IMG/VR virus record: IMGVR_UViG_3300020440_000010 | Coordinates: 18,573 to 82,572 of that record | Source: a virus | Lineage: Duplodnaviria > Caudoviricetes | Length of the DNA: 64,000 nt | Strand: one strand, 5' to 3' | Part shown: piece after piece, positions 1 through 9,985 of the stretch | How the letters are laid out: the number at the start of each line of letters is the position of its first letter | How positions within the stretch are numbered: the stretch's first letter is position 1 | Program-made: the position numbers and the translations under genes | The notes under the pieces: model-generated | Told to the model about the DNA's origin: nothing | Seen by the model: only the letters and a program-made list of their open reading frames with translations | The model's database searches: none

Positions 1-2
1 TG

Positions 3-293
3 AATTTTGGAGATTACAAAAGCGTTCACTCACATGATAAGATTGATGCTTTTGGAATTTTCTATGTTGATGTGGGTACAGAAACATCAGGCGGACATTT
101 AAAATTATATGATCCTAGATGGCAGAATCAAAAATCATTTGTAGGATCCAAACCATACATGGAAATAGTTCCCAAGAAAGGATTGCTAATTGCCGCTCCT
201 CATTATGTTTGGCACGAAGTCACTCCGTATGTTGGGGACTTGACAAGATTAAGTTTAGTGTGTAATATGCAGTTTAACGAAATAGTAGAATGA
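3..293 (+). CDS. 2OG-Fe(II) oxygenase-like protein, 5'-truncated by window edge
   Basis: Frame open from position 3: VHSHD ... FYVDVG ... LYDPR ... PHYVWHEV ... RLSLVCN, the HxH...H...R pattern of phage DSBH oxygenases. Confidence 0.7.
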   Translation, partial: NFGDYKSVHSHDKIDAFGIFYVDVGTETSGGHLKLYDPRWQNQKSFVGSKPYMEIVPKKGLLIAAPHYVWHEVTPYVGDLTRLSLVCNMQFNEIVE

Positions 294-1291
294 TAGAACA
301 CAACATTATTACAAAAACTAACAAACGAAGTATCCTTGGCGAGATCATTGTGACTCTGTTTGAGCAGTGTAATATGAGTTGTAAATTTTGTAATCAAGAT
401 CATAACAGCAAAGTAGGAATGGATACTATCAAAGACAAGTTACCGGTAGTAAAACGTGCAATAGAAAACATGAGCAAAACTAGAGAAATGTTTAGTGTGC
501 ATTTTATGGGCGGTGAAGTGTTTAGTGATTTAGTACCTGACAGTTGTTTTGATGATTACAAATATCTAGCAGACGAACTAGAAGCATGGAGTAAAGAAAA
601 CAACTACGATGTAGAAATATGCTTTACTACAAACTTTGTATATGAACAAACACATAGACTACAAAAACTACTAGACCAATGTCCACAGGTAAAATTGTTA
701 ACCAGTTACGATCCTAGTGGACGTTTTGGCCTAGGTCAATTAAATGTATTTAAAAAGAATGTAATAGCATTTGAAAAGTATATTAAGAGTGCAAATGTAA
801 TAATGACTAAACCTAATATAGATAAGTTCTTAAAAGGCAATACACCTTTCTTTGATTATCTCTATGATAGGTATGACATTTATTTTGATTATTACACACC
901 AGAAAAGAATAGAAAGTTGATGACTCCTAATGATGTTCAATTGCGTGACTTTATGATTTATATGTTTGACAACTATCCTAACTGTTTGCCATTCAAAGAT
1001 TATCCTAGTAAAATTAAAAAACGTATGACTTGCCAAGATACATTTACAATAATGCCAAGTGGCGATGCAGGCGGCTGTACTATTTTGTTATCACAAGATT
1101 TATCAGGGTACAAACCAACCAAAGAAGAAATGGAACAAAAATGGTTTGACGATTATAATTGTTTAGAATGTCCACACTTTCAGAGATGTTCAATGGGTTG
1201 TTTTTTAAGCAATCATCTAAAAAGTTTTAGAACACAGGAAGTGTGTTGGTTATCGGAGGTTTACGATTATGTTGATTCAAAAGAAGTTTGA
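290..1291 (+). CDS. Radical SAM protein with C-terminal Cys-rich (SPASM/twitch-like) region
   Basis: CNMSCKFC (CxxxCxxC), GGE motif (FMGGEVF), C-terminal CLECPHFQRCSMGC. Confidence 0.9.
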   Translation: MIEHNIITKTNKRSILGEIIVTLFEQCNMSCKFCNQDHNSKVGMDTIKDKLPVVKRAIENMSKTREMFSVHFMGGEVFSDLVPDSCFDDYKYLADELEAWSKENNYDVEICFTTNFVYEQTHRLQKLLDQCPQVKLLTSYDPSGRFGLGQLNVFKKNVIAFEKYIKSANVIMTKPNIDKFLKGNTPFFDYLYDRYDIYFDYYTPEKNRKLMTPNDVQLRDFMIYMFDNYPNCLPFKDYPSKIKKRMTCQDTFTIMPSGDAGGCTILLSQDLSGYKPTKEEMEQKWFDDYNCLECPHFQRCSMGCFLSNHLKSFRTQEVCWLSEVYDYVDSKEV

Positions 1292-1922
1292 TGCTAATAA
1301 TTTTTACAAGCATGGTTTTGATGTTGTTGAAATGCCAAAACAATTATCTACTTTACTGTGGGCACAGATATCTTTAGAAGATTGGAACCCCCACGGAGTA
1401 TATAAAAATGTTCCGTCATGGAGCATGAATAATGATATGGTAGTGGGTAGTGTTGACAGAAAGTATGATAGAAACAAAGAACAAGAAATGTGTAAAGAAA
1501 GTTTAGATAGAGTTCCGCTTATATACAAAGATACACTTACTGCTCTTTTTAACGAAGAATATTATAGAAACTGGTTTGTAAAAACTTGTGGGTACAATTG
1601 GGAAATGCGTTTTATTGATTTATGGAATGGCAGTGACAGTTTAGACTGGCATTGGGACGGAGTAGAAGACCATGACATTGGATTTTTAATTTACTTTACA
1701 GAAGAGCCTACATGGAACGAAGAGTGGGGAAGTGTGTTGAAAGTAGGAGAAAGAGATTGGCCAGATACTAATGTACAAAATGTTAGGAAAATTATTCCTT
1801 TAAATGGAACGGTGGTATTACTAAACAACATGAATCCTAGATTTGTTCATAGTGTAGATACACTGGTTGACACAACTAAAAATAGATATACAATAAATTG
1901 TGGAATAAGTTTATGGAATTAA
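1269..1922 (+). CDS. 2OG-Fe(II) oxygenase
   Basis: WHWDG (HxD) ... FVHSV ... RYTI; paralogous to the next two oxygenases. Confidence 0.85.
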   Translation: MLIQKKFDANNFYKHGFDVVEMPKQLSTLLWAQISLEDWNPHGVYKNVPSWSMNNDMVVGSVDRKYDRNKEQEMCKESLDRVPLIYKDTLTALFNEEYYRNWFVKTCGYNWEMRFIDLWNGSDSLDWHWDGVEDHDIGFLIYFTEEPTWNEEWGSVLKVGERDWPDTNVQNVRKIIPLNGTVVLLNNMNPRFVHSVDTLVDTTKNRYTINCGISLWN

Positions 1923-2533
1923 ATGTAGATAAATTTTGGACAGACGGGTATGATGTAACTACTCTTGATGATGAAAAGTATTCAATGTTGTGGAGTTTGA
2001 TACACAATGAGACTTGGGTAGATGGTATATTTCCTATTCAAAAGGTTGCTAGTTGGAGTAATACTACAAAAGAAAATTTAAAAGATAGAGTAGAAGATAT
2101 ATCCCCTAATTTAACAATGTGGAATGTGCCTGTAGAATACGATCAAATAATGAACGATATATGGAAAAGCGATTACTATCAAAAATTCTTTAGAGACTAT
2201 GCTAAAAAAGTAGGAAAGATAGAATATATTGATGTGTGGAATAAAACACCAGCACATGAATGGCACAGTCATACTCCTGATAATGTAGATTTAGTATTGT
2301 TAGTTTATCTAAATGAACAAGAGCAATGGAAACGTGAATGGGGCGGAGTACTGCAAGTAGGTACGAAAACAATTGAAACCAACGAAGTAGGAAACGTACA
2401 TTCTATTTTGCCAAACAATAAAACAGTAGTGCTTATCAATAATATCAACCCAAGAATTTTTCATAGTGTTACAGAACAAATATCTGAAAACAATAGATAT
2501 ACAATTGGAGCAGGAATTAAGTTATGGAACTAA
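1913..2533 (+). CDS. 2OG-Fe(II) oxygenase (HxH variant)
   Basis: WHSH ... IFHSV ... RYTI; ATG at 1913 preferred over the track's TTG at 1898. Confidence 0.8.
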   Translation: MELNVDKFWTDGYDVTTLDDEKYSMLWSLIHNETWVDGIFPIQKVASWSNTTKENLKDRVEDISPNLTMWNVPVEYDQIMNDIWKSDYYQKFFRDYAKKVGKIEYIDVWNKTPAHEWHSHTPDNVDLVLLVYLNEQEQWKREWGGVLQVGTKTIETNEVGNVHSILPNNKTVVLINNINPRIFHSVTEQISENNRYTIGAGIKLWN

Positions 2534-3630
2534 TTATAAAACCCACAGAATTGTGCAACTTTAAATGTACCTTTTGTTCTAGTACAAAGATTGCAGAGCA
2601 TGGTAAAGTAGTTTTAGACCATGAACACATTTTTAGATTCTTAAAAAGATATCCTAATACAAATACAATTATTGTTAATGGTGGTGACCCGTTGATGATG
2701 GATCCTGATTACTATTGGAAAATTATAGACTATCTTGACGAACACGAGATGTCAACAAGTATTGCGTTGACTACTAACCTTTGGCCTTTTTACAAGAAGC
2801 CTAGCAAATGGAAAGCATTGTTCAACAATGAAAGGATAGGCGTTACAACCAGTTTCAATTACGGTGATGGTAGATTAAAAGGAGACTTTAGTTTATTCAC
2901 AGTAGAAGACTTTTGGCGTGTAAGTGATGCTATGTTAGAACACTGTAACTATCGACCAGACTTTATTGCAGTTGTTACAGACAGCAATGATCACCTTGCT
3001 ATGAAAAATGTAGAACTTGCTGTTGAAATGAGTGACGGCGTAGAACCCGGCGGTACATTACATAACTTTGCTCGTAACAATAAAACTGGTGTTGAATGCA
3101 AATTAAATTATGCAATGAGCAGTGGAGAACAAGATAGACCATATCTACTATCCAAGATTTACAAAACTTATGTAGATATATGGGAAGCAGGATTGGCTCC
3201 ATGGGAGTTCAATACAAAACAAATGATGAAGCGTTTGAAAGGAAACGCTACCTCTTGTCCACAGAACAGACGCTGTGACGAAGGAATTAGAAGTATGAAT
3301 CCTGGCGGAGACTATTATAGTTGTGGTGCATTTGGTGATGATATGGAGAAACCAATAGATTTTGAAAAAGAAATGAATGGGGATTTCTTTACACCATTAC
3401 AGGATAGTTTTGAACTTGCAAGTATGAAAAAATCATGTTATACTTGTCCTATGTTTGAAATATGCAATGGTTGTAGAAAAACAGTTAAGGATTTCAAAAG
3501 ACACAAAGTTGTTGAAGCACACTGTAAAATAATGAAGACTGTTGCACCCAAAATACTAAAAGCAAACGGTTTGGAGGGAGTAGAAGTTACTCCGTATGTA
3601 AATGAAACTATTGAAACAAGACAAGCCTAA
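2524..3630 (+). CDS. Radical SAM/SPASM-domain protein
   Basis: CNFKCTFC, NGGDPL, C-terminal CPQNRRC...YSCG...CYTCPMFEICNGC. Confidence 0.92.
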   Translation: MELIIKPTELCNFKCTFCSSTKIAEHGKVVLDHEHIFRFLKRYPNTNTIIVNGGDPLMMDPDYYWKIIDYLDEHEMSTSIALTTNLWPFYKKPSKWKALFNNERIGVTTSFNYGDGRLKGDFSLFTVEDFWRVSDAMLEHCNYRPDFIAVVTDSNDHLAMKNVELAVEMSDGVEPGGTLHNFARNNKTGVECKLNYAMSSGEQDRPYLLSKIYKTYVDIWEAGLAPWEFNTKQMMKRLKGNATSCPQNRRCDEGIRSMNPGGDYYSCGAFGDDMEKPIDFEKEMNGDFFTPLQDSFELASMKKSCYTCPMFEICNGCRKTVKDFKRHKVVEAHCKIMKTVAPKILKANGLEGVEVTPYVNETIETRQA

Positions 3631-4354
3631 TATTAGAAGTTATTATGGTGATGGATATGATATTGTAGATGTTGATCTAAGTGTGATTGATCATCTTGGT
3701 TCTTATATACTACAGGAAAATTTTAGTGACAGTCCTCTACATCCAGGTATATCACAACCGGATTGGGACGCAGACTATACTAATATTACCAAAGAGTTTT
3801 ATGAAGCACAACAAAAGTATATTGATATACTTAAACCTTTGGTTGAAAAAGAAAACTATTTTGATTACTGGCGTACATTACGAGGACCATTTGATGAACT
3901 TATTGTAAGCATCAACAAAATGGATAAAGGTAGTAAGATGGATTGGCATTGGGACGGTTTTGATGGTAGTATGTTACAATTGATGTTGTATGTAAACTTA
4001 GAAGAAAGAACACGAGAAGATGGAGGATTTTTAGAAGTAGGTGTATCGTATGAACCTATGATAAACCAAGATGATCCTTTCCCACACTGGTCGCCTGAAA
4101 CAGGCTTAAACAAAGTTACTGGGCACGTGATGTCTAAGTGCAGTTATGTACCTAAGAATGATAAAGCAATTATATTAAACAATGATAATCCTTTGTATGT
4201 TCATAGAGTAACAGAATGCAAAACTGACAAACCTAGGTACAGTGTATTATTACAATGCGGATATAAAACACTTTGGGACGGAAACTCACTAAAGAACAAC
4301 GGTGGACAATATAAAGATCCACGTACAGGAATGATTACAAAATTAAACCTATGA
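3602..4354 (+). CDS. 2OG-Fe(II) oxygenase
   Basis: WHWDG ... YVHRV ... RYSV. Confidence 0.85.
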   Translation: MKLLKQDKPNIRSYYGDGYDIVDVDLSVIDHLGSYILQENFSDSPLHPGISQPDWDADYTNITKEFYEAQQKYIDILKPLVEKENYFDYWRTLRGPFDELIVSINKMDKGSKMDWHWDGFDGSMLQLMLYVNLEERTREDGGFLEVGVSYEPMINQDDPFPHWSPETGLNKVTGHVMSKCSYVPKNDKAIILNNDNPLYVHRVTECKTDKPRYSVLLQCGYKTLWDGNSLKNNGGQYKDPRTGMITKLNL

Positions 4355-4911
4355 AGAACAAACAATTTTCAAATGGCAGAATTCACGGATCAAGATTTGA
4401 AGAAGCAGTATATCATGACGGATATCTTGCATTTTCTGTAAGTCCTTTTGATCAAGACTTTGAAAATGAAATAGAGGATGGTGTACTACCTCATGTGAAA
4501 GTGTTGACTACTAAAGGCTATTGTCCTATCAGCAGTTGTCATGGTCATTACGAACACGGTAAATGGATGCCTTGGTATGTGATGATAGCACTAGGGGACA
4601 ATGCCGTGAAACAAAAACAAATAATACTAGATGCAATTAAAAACATACCAGGAATATATACTGAAACAAGAAAGCAAAGTGCTAATGTTATTAATGGTAA
4701 AACTGTATTTGACAAAGTTGATCTGGATAAAGAATATGAAGAATTGAATAAAATGTTTTTACGCAAAAACACAACTTGGGAATATTTGTATATCAGTTTG
4801 TTTCAACACAGAACAATTTACAATAAAATTGCAAAACTATTATTTTTTACACACAGTAAAAATAAATTATTTTATGCTTTAGAAAGATTACCAGATGAAC
4901 ATATCAATTAA
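4351..4911 (+). CDS. Hypothetical protein (PISSCHGH motif)
   Basis: 186-aa ORF coupled to neighbours (ATGA overlap); possible metal-binding SSCxGH motif. Confidence 0.6.
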   Translation: MKNKQFSNGRIHGSRFEEAVYHDGYLAFSVSPFDQDFENEIEDGVLPHVKVLTTKGYCPISSCHGHYEHGKWMPWYVMIALGDNAVKQKQIILDAIKNIPGIYTETRKQSANVINGKTVFDKVDLDKEYEELNKMFLRKNTTWEYLYISLFQHRTIYNKIAKLLFFTHSKNKLFYALERLPDEHIN

Positions 4912-5809
4912 TCCTAGTTATTTTTGTAATTTTCGTTGTGACTTCTGTTATCTAACGCCCGAGCAACTTGCAGATCAAAAGAAAATAGATTTGCAAAGAT
5001 TAGATGATATGTTAGCAGAAGTAAAAGAACAAGATGATATTCATCATATTGATTTATATGGAGGAGAGATAGGAGCATTAAAGAAAGATTACTTCTATGG
5101 TTTACGTGATGTAATAAGAAAATACTATGACAAGGACATTAATATAAACACAAACTTTTCTATGCTACACGATGGCTTCTTTGAAAAAGACTTTTACTTG
5201 AGTGTAAGTTATGACTTTGAAGCAAGAGAGAAGCATGAATTAGTATACAAAAACATGATGTTGTCACCAGTGCCTATCGCAGTATTAGTATTGGTATCTC
5301 CAACTATTTTACAAAAAGATGTAGATGAAATGATTAGAATGTTTAACCTTTGTACTCCTGTAAAAAGTGTAGAGTTAAAACCATATAGTATTAATCAAGC
5401 CAATGCTCATAATGTAACACACAAAGACTTTGAGCAACACGTAATTAAATGGATACAATCAAAAGAAGATATGCAATTTGCATTTATAAACGATTACAAG
5501 ATACAAGACAGTATTGAAAAAACTTACAATGCATTTAGTAACGATCATGTATATATTACTCCTAATGGTAAGTTTGGAGTACTGGAGTTTGACAAAGATG
5601 ACAAAGAATATTTTTTAGAACTAGACAGTTATAAAGATTACAAACTATGGGCAGACAAAGAGCCAGACGTTAATTGTAGTGATATCTGTAAGTCATGCAA
5701 ATACTATGGACACTGCCTAACAGAACACTATAGATACGTTAAGGATCTAGACAACGGATGTAACGGATATAAAGGACTATTAGAATTTTATGAAAGACTG
5801 GAAAGTTAG
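4895..5809 (+). CDS. Radical SAM protein with C-terminal Cys cluster
   Basis: CNFRCDFC, YGGEIG, C-terminal CSDICKSCKYYGHC...GCNG. Confidence 0.9.
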   Translation: MNISINPSYFCNFRCDFCYLTPEQLADQKKIDLQRLDDMLAEVKEQDDIHHIDLYGGEIGALKKDYFYGLRDVIRKYYDKDININTNFSMLHDGFFEKDFYLSVSYDFEAREKHELVYKNMMLSPVPIAVLVLVSPTILQKDVDEMIRMFNLCTPVKSVELKPYSINQANAHNVTHKDFEQHVIKWIQSKEDMQFAFINDYKIQDSIEKTYNAFSNDHVYITPNGKFGVLEFDKDDKEYFLELDSYKDYKLWADKEPDVNCSDICKSCKYYGHCLTEHYRYVKDLDNGCNGYKGLLEFYERLES

Positions 5810-6197
5810 ACAAGAAATATATCATAGGTTGAATAGCGATCACTCTGATGATTTAAACAGAGTAGAAATACAAGAGTGTCCTGATAGTCAATTACTTGAT
5901 TACGCAATCGAATATTTTACCAACGACAAACTAGGTTGGGTCTATCCTGCTAAGAGTTATGTAGTTGGAATTTGCTATGCACTCTGGTTGACCAAAGACT
6001 TTGGAGGCGGGTTCTATGAATATCTAAATGATCCTGAATTGCTGTATGGAAATGATCCCTATTTTGTTCCTTATGACAAAGATCAACAAACGTACGATAA
6101 TATTATCAACAGTGTAGGATTTGGATTCGATCAACGTCTTGGAGTCATACCTGATATACGCCATTACTATGAAGAGGAGTTTATGCTTAATGATTGA
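5790..6197 (+). CDS. Hypothetical protein, probable partner of the upstream radical SAM
   Basis: Overlaps rSAM stop; YPAKSYVVGICYA...NDPYFVPY. Confidence 0.6.
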   Translation: MKDWKVRQEIYHRLNSDHSDDLNRVEIQECPDSQLLDYAIEYFTNDKLGWVYPAKSYVVGICYALWLTKDFGGGFYEYLNDPELLYGNDPYFVPYDKDQQTYDNIINSVGFGFDQRLGVIPDIRHYYEEEFMLND

Positions 6198-6795
6198 AAC
6201 TAAAATAAGCAGTGATGGTGCCAACGAAGTTTTTATTAAGGCATCTGATCCACAAGCACTAGAGTATAAGTCTATGGTCCTAGCAGTTTGGCCTAACACA
6301 AATTTACAAGGATTACAAATGATTAGTTTTGACAAAACAAAAAACAAAGTCAATCTAACATTTGATGTGTATCCTAGTGAAGAGATCAAAAAAGAATTTG
6401 CTGTGGCAGACTATCATCAGTTCTGTGATTACTATGCTGTCGAATGTTTTATAGATTTACAATGGCGTGTACTAAAAGTATATGATCAAAATTTACCAAT
6501 GCACCCTTTACCTAGTTTACCAAAAGGAAGTAGGATAGATGTATTGAAAAGCGGAGTAGGTGTTTATTATGGTCGCAACGTAGAAGATTATAGAAAAGTT
6601 TATTTTCTACATGACGATATTGATTATGTAAAAGAGTTTTTCAATGATCTACAGTTACCAATTATTGTAAAGAAATACAAGTATGCAATATTTGGTTTGG
6701 AGTACAATGTTAAGACAATGAAATTACATCACATTTCGTACTATGATATACAGGATAAGGATAATATATATAGTAAGGATAGTTTAAAACAATGA
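6190..6795 (+). CDS. Hypothetical protein
   Basis: ATG at 6190 overlaps the upstream TAA, suggesting translational coupling. Confidence 0.6.
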   Translation: MIETKISSDGANEVFIKASDPQALEYKSMVLAVWPNTNLQGLQMISFDKTKNKVNLTFDVYPSEEIKKEFAVADYHQFCDYYAVECFIDLQWRVLKVYDQNLPMHPLPSLPKGSRIDVLKSGVGVYYGRNVEDYRKVYFLHDDIDYVKEFFNDLQLPIIVKKYKYAIFGLEYNVKTMKLHHISYYDIQDKDNIYSKDSLKQ

Positions 6796-7367
6796 CAACA
6801 GCAAATAAAAGAATAGCAGTAGTTGGAGCACACGGAGTAGGTAAAAATACAGTCTGTATAAAATTGTTGCAAAGAGAAAAGTTTGGACAACGCGGGATCA
6901 ATGTAACATATATGCCTGAAACTGTGAGAAGCACAATGTTTATGAATCATGATATACTTGCCAATGAAATAGGCGGCGACATCAACAGTTGTGCCTGGTT
7001 GTATCATAGACACTGGAGCCAAATGCTAGAACATGAATACAGTTGCGAAGTGTTTATTACAAAAAGATTACCATTAGACTATGTTGTATTCAACGAATGT
7101 GCATACGTAATGAAGATGTGCAAAGAAACACTACCTTTTCAGTATTTAGAATTAGCAGTTGAACAAGCAAAACAGTTTCATGAAGTTTATTTTGTAAGAC
7201 ATAATCCTGATCATGATTTGATTACAGATAGCATTAGACAGGGTCCAGCGGCTAGTGAAGAACTTCAACCTTTGTGGGACACAAACTACAAAAGAATAAT
7301 AGACGAATACGAAGTTCCTGTAATTGAAGGTACAGCAGGCGAACTACTAGAAAAGATTAAAGTATGA
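6792..7367 (+). CDS. P-loop nucleotide/NMP-kinase-like protein (AAA_28/NadR-like)
   Basis: IAVVGAHGVGKNT Walker A near the N-terminus; D..R lid-like segment. Confidence 0.7.
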   Translation: MTTANKRIAVVGAHGVGKNTVCIKLLQREKFGQRGINVTYMPETVRSTMFMNHDILANEIGGDINSCAWLYHRHWSQMLEHEYSCEVFITKRLPLDYVVFNECAYVMKMCKETLPFQYLELAVEQAKQFHEVYFVRHNPDHDLITDSIRQGPAASEELQPLWDTNYKRIIDEYEVPVIEGTAGELLEKIKV

Positions 7368-8656
7368 ATATAGTTATTGTTGGAGGCGGCACTGCCGGTT
7401 GGCTCACTGCTCTTTCACTACATAAGAAACATGATGTAACCTTAATAGAAAGTGAAATACCTACAATAGGAGTAGGTGAAAGCACAACTGACACTGTCAT
7501 ACGTTGGCTAAAGCAACGTGTGGATATGAAAGAATTTCACACAAAAACAAATAGCACATTTAAATTAGGTGTGCAGTTTGATAATTGGGTAAACAAAAAT
7601 GAAACTTACTATCATTTGTTTGGTGATGTAGAAGACAAAGTACCTAATGGAAAATTTAACCAAGTGGTAAGATACTGTTTTCAGAATGGTATAAACTTAG
7701 ATAATTTAAGTATATTTGACAAATGTAAAGAAGAAGATATGACTTGGGATAGTGTTGCTACCCATTGGGACAGTGTTGCAGTACCGGCCTATCTAAGACA
7801 AAAACTAGAACACAAAATATTAATAGTAAATGATACAGTCGAAAAGGTCCATTACGAAAACGAGTCTATTACAAAACTACAATTAGTCAATAGTACTGTT
7901 GAAGCAGATTTATATATAGACTGTACAGGATTTCATAGAGTTCTAACTAAAAATACAAATAATAAATGGATTGATTGGAACGCAAAAGGTCAAGTAGATC
8001 GTGCCCTAGTATGGCAAATGCCACACAAAGATACTATACCAACTTTTACTCAAGCAGAAGCATGGGACTATGGTTGGAGATGGAAAATACCTACCACTGA
8101 TCGACTGGGAAATGGTTACGTGTTTGACAGTGACTTTATAAGTGTAGAAGATGCAGAAAAAGAAATTAGAAAAAGAGTTGATTACAAAGGTCCTGTTAGA
8201 CTTATAGAATTTAATCCCGGAAGGATTGAACAAGTATATTATAAAAATATAGTAAGTTTAGGATTAAGTTCTCATTTTCTTGAACCACTTGAAGCAACAA
8301 ACTTTGATTTTTTAGTATATAATTTACAAAACTTAGATCTTGTTATAGAAGACAAAATAAATGTAGAACAATTTAATAAAAATGCAAACAGACTTGCTGA
8401 ATCTATTAGAGAATTTGTCAAAATGCATTACATAAACAACACAAACAATACTGCATTTTGGAAAGCACAAAACAAAAATCTGTGCGGAAATGCTATTAGG
8501 GTTATTGAAAATGCAGAAACCACTAATAACCTTGCACCAGGTGGATTATTTACAGATTACAATTGGTACAAAGTTGCTCAAGGTGTTGGCATAAAGAGTA
8601 AAAGCAAAAATGATGATGCTGAATTACTAGCATTATTCCAATTAGCATCCATCTAA
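7364..8656 (+). CDS. Tryptophan-halogenase-like flavin-dependent enzyme
   Basis: GGGTAGW (GxGxxG), IGVGEST, STFKLGVQF (catalytic Lys position), YIDCTGF, WRWKIP (WxWxIP), FLEPLEAT. Confidence 0.88.
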   Translation: MNIVIVGGGTAGWLTALSLHKKHDVTLIESEIPTIGVGESTTDTVIRWLKQRVDMKEFHTKTNSTFKLGVQFDNWVNKNETYYHLFGDVEDKVPNGKFNQVVRYCFQNGINLDNLSIFDKCKEEDMTWDSVATHWDSVAVPAYLRQKLEHKILIVNDTVEKVHYENESITKLQLVNSTVEADLYIDCTGFHRVLTKNTNNKWIDWNAKGQVDRALVWQMPHKDTIPTFTQAEAWDYGWRWKIPTTDRLGNGYVFDSDFISVEDAEKEIRKRVDYKGPVRLIEFNPGRIEQVYYKNIVSLGLSSHFLEPLEATNFDFLVYNLQNLDLVIEDKINVEQFNKNANRLAESIREFVKMHYINNTNNTAFWKAQNKNLCGNAIRVIENAETTNNLAPGGLFTDYNWYKVAQGVGIKSKSKNDDAELLALFQLASI

Positions 8657-8680
8657 AACAAATACAGATTAAATATTGCT

Positions 8681-9364
8681 ATGTTTAATCCGTTCAAAAT
8701 AAATCCAAATGCAGATGTGCAAAAAATTGATTTGCCATACTTCGAAAAATACTATTGGCAAATAGATGACTTCTATACAGATCCAAAAGCAGTTAATACT
8801 TTTTTAGATACAGAGTGTGAATACAAATTATTCAAGGAAGACGAACCAGGACTAAATGGTGTTAAGTTTGAAGACAAAAGACACGAAGGACATCACAAAG
8901 GCCTAGAAGCCGTAACTTTTGCTCTAATGGAAGTTTGTAAAGCAAACAAATGTAGAGACGAAGAAGATCTAATTATTACCAATACATTCAAAGTATTAGA
9001 TCCTGATTGGGGTAAACAATATAAAGATAACTGGTGGTGGCCTCATTTAGATTGGGGTTGGACTGCATTGATATATCTCAATGAAGAACCATGTGAAGGA
9101 ACAAACTTATATCACAAACCAGGTATGCCCAAAAACGCAGTACATGATGGTATAGATAAACTTATTAGACAAGGAGCCGCAAAACATAATGAATATGTAG
9201 ATCCTTGGACTACACGGGATAATTGGATACTAGGAGCAAATATTCCTAGCAAATTTAATAGAGCAATAATATTTCCAAGTAAAATATATCACGGTATGGC
9301 TATTGAAAGTGATCGTTGGACCAACGACACACGTAGAAATCAAGTAGTATTTTTTGAATATTAA
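8681..9364 (+). CDS. 2OG-Fe(II) oxygenase-like protein (DUF6445-like)
   Basis: IDDFY.DP, PHLD...LIYLN...GTNLY...FNRAIIF...YHG. Confidence 0.7.
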   Translation: MFNPFKINPNADVQKIDLPYFEKYYWQIDDFYTDPKAVNTFLDTECEYKLFKEDEPGLNGVKFEDKRHEGHHKGLEAVTFALMEVCKANKCRDEEDLIITNTFKVLDPDWGKQYKDNWWWPHLDWGWTALIYLNEEPCEGTNLYHKPGMPKNAVHDGIDKLIRQGAAKHNEYVDPWTTRDNWILGANIPSKFNRAIIFPSKIYHGMAIESDRWTNDTRRNQVVFFEY

Positions 9365-9400
9365 AAAAGGGCGATAGTTTCCTACCGCCCAGTTTTGTTT
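9363..9400. terminator. Bidirectional intrinsic terminator between convergent genes
   Basis: A6-GGGCGATAG-tttc-CTACCGCCC-agttttgttt. Confidence 0.75.
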
Positions 9401-9404
9401 ATTA

Positions 9405-9716
9405 TTATTTTTTTGAATTGTTTATAAAGTTGTAAAACTTTTCAGCAGTTTCTAATACATCATCAACTCCAGGAATATCTGGCATACCGACTTTGTTTAC
9501 GATCTCACCAGTCTTCTCATCACGAGCGGATGTAATTTCCCAACCATTCCATTTGCTTGAATATTCAAACTCCTTGAATTGTTTTGCCATGTCTAATACA
9601 TTGGTACGGATTTCGTAACCATTTTTATTAAACTGTACTTTGGGTAGTGTTTCACGCACTGATTGTGCTAGTTGTTCGGCACCTTTTTCGATACCTTCTT
9701 TAAACGTCTTGTTCAT
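9405..9716 (-). CDS. Hypothetical protein
   Basis: 103 aa, strong SD (AAGGAG), own promoter. Confidence 0.75.
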   Translation of the reverse strand: MNKTFKEGIEKGAEQLAQSVRETLPKVQFNKNGYEIRTNVLDMAKQFKEFEYSSKWNGWEITSARDEKTGEIVNKVGMPDIPGVDDVLETAEKFYNFINNSKK

Positions 9717-9756
9717 ACTGTTTCTCCTTTGTGTGTATGTGTGTTTAAGTTATATT

Positions 9757-9785
9757 ACTATAACATTTTTATTTAGTATTGTCAA
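9757..9785 (-). promoter_or_regulatory. Sigma70-type promoter
   Basis: TTGACA-17 nt-TATAGT with extended -10 TG on the minus strand. Confidence 0.7.
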
Positions 9786-9793
9786 GAGGTGAG

Positions 9794-9815
9794 TAAAGGC
9801 TCTTTCGAGCCTTTA
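9794..9815 (-). terminator. Hairpin ending the small-protein operon
   Basis: TAAAGGCTC-GAAA-GAGCCTTTA perfect 9-bp stem. Confidence 0.65.
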
Positions 9816-9818
9816 TTC

Positions 9819-9881
9819 TTATTTGGATTTTGGTTTTGGATTAGAAAGCATTTCGTTTTCTTCATCAGTATAAGGCCACAT
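9819..9881 (-). CDS. 20-aa small ORF MWPYTDEENEMLSNPKPKSK (not in track)
   Basis: GGAGG SD; TAATG overlap with the upstream ORF stop. Confidence 0.55.
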   Translation of the reverse strand: MWPYTDEENEMLSNPKPKSK

Positions 9882-9985
9882 TAGAACATTCCTCCATATT
9901 TCATTGCGTTTAGAATTAAAACAGCAAATAAGATAGACATCATTATTGCAATTGGTAGTAAACTCTGTATAAAGGTTTTAAGCAT
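9881..9985 (-). CDS. 34-aa single-TM small protein MLKTFIQSLLPIAIMMSILFAVLILNAMKYGGMF (not in track)
   Basis: AAGG upstream; overlaps the 84-aa ORF end; hydrophobic helix. Confidence 0.55.
   Translation of the reverse strand: MLKTFIQSLLPIAIMMSILFAVLILNAMKYGGMF

Noticed and set aside
4351-4911. TYW3-like methyltransferase call from the SSCxG motif
   Set aside because: It rests on a single short motif, which is insufficient without a profile search.
290-5809. Calling one of the radical SAM genes pqqE
   Set aside because: There is no adjacent pqqB/C/D, and the sequences do not show recognisable PqqE features beyond the generic rSAM/SPASM Cys motifs.
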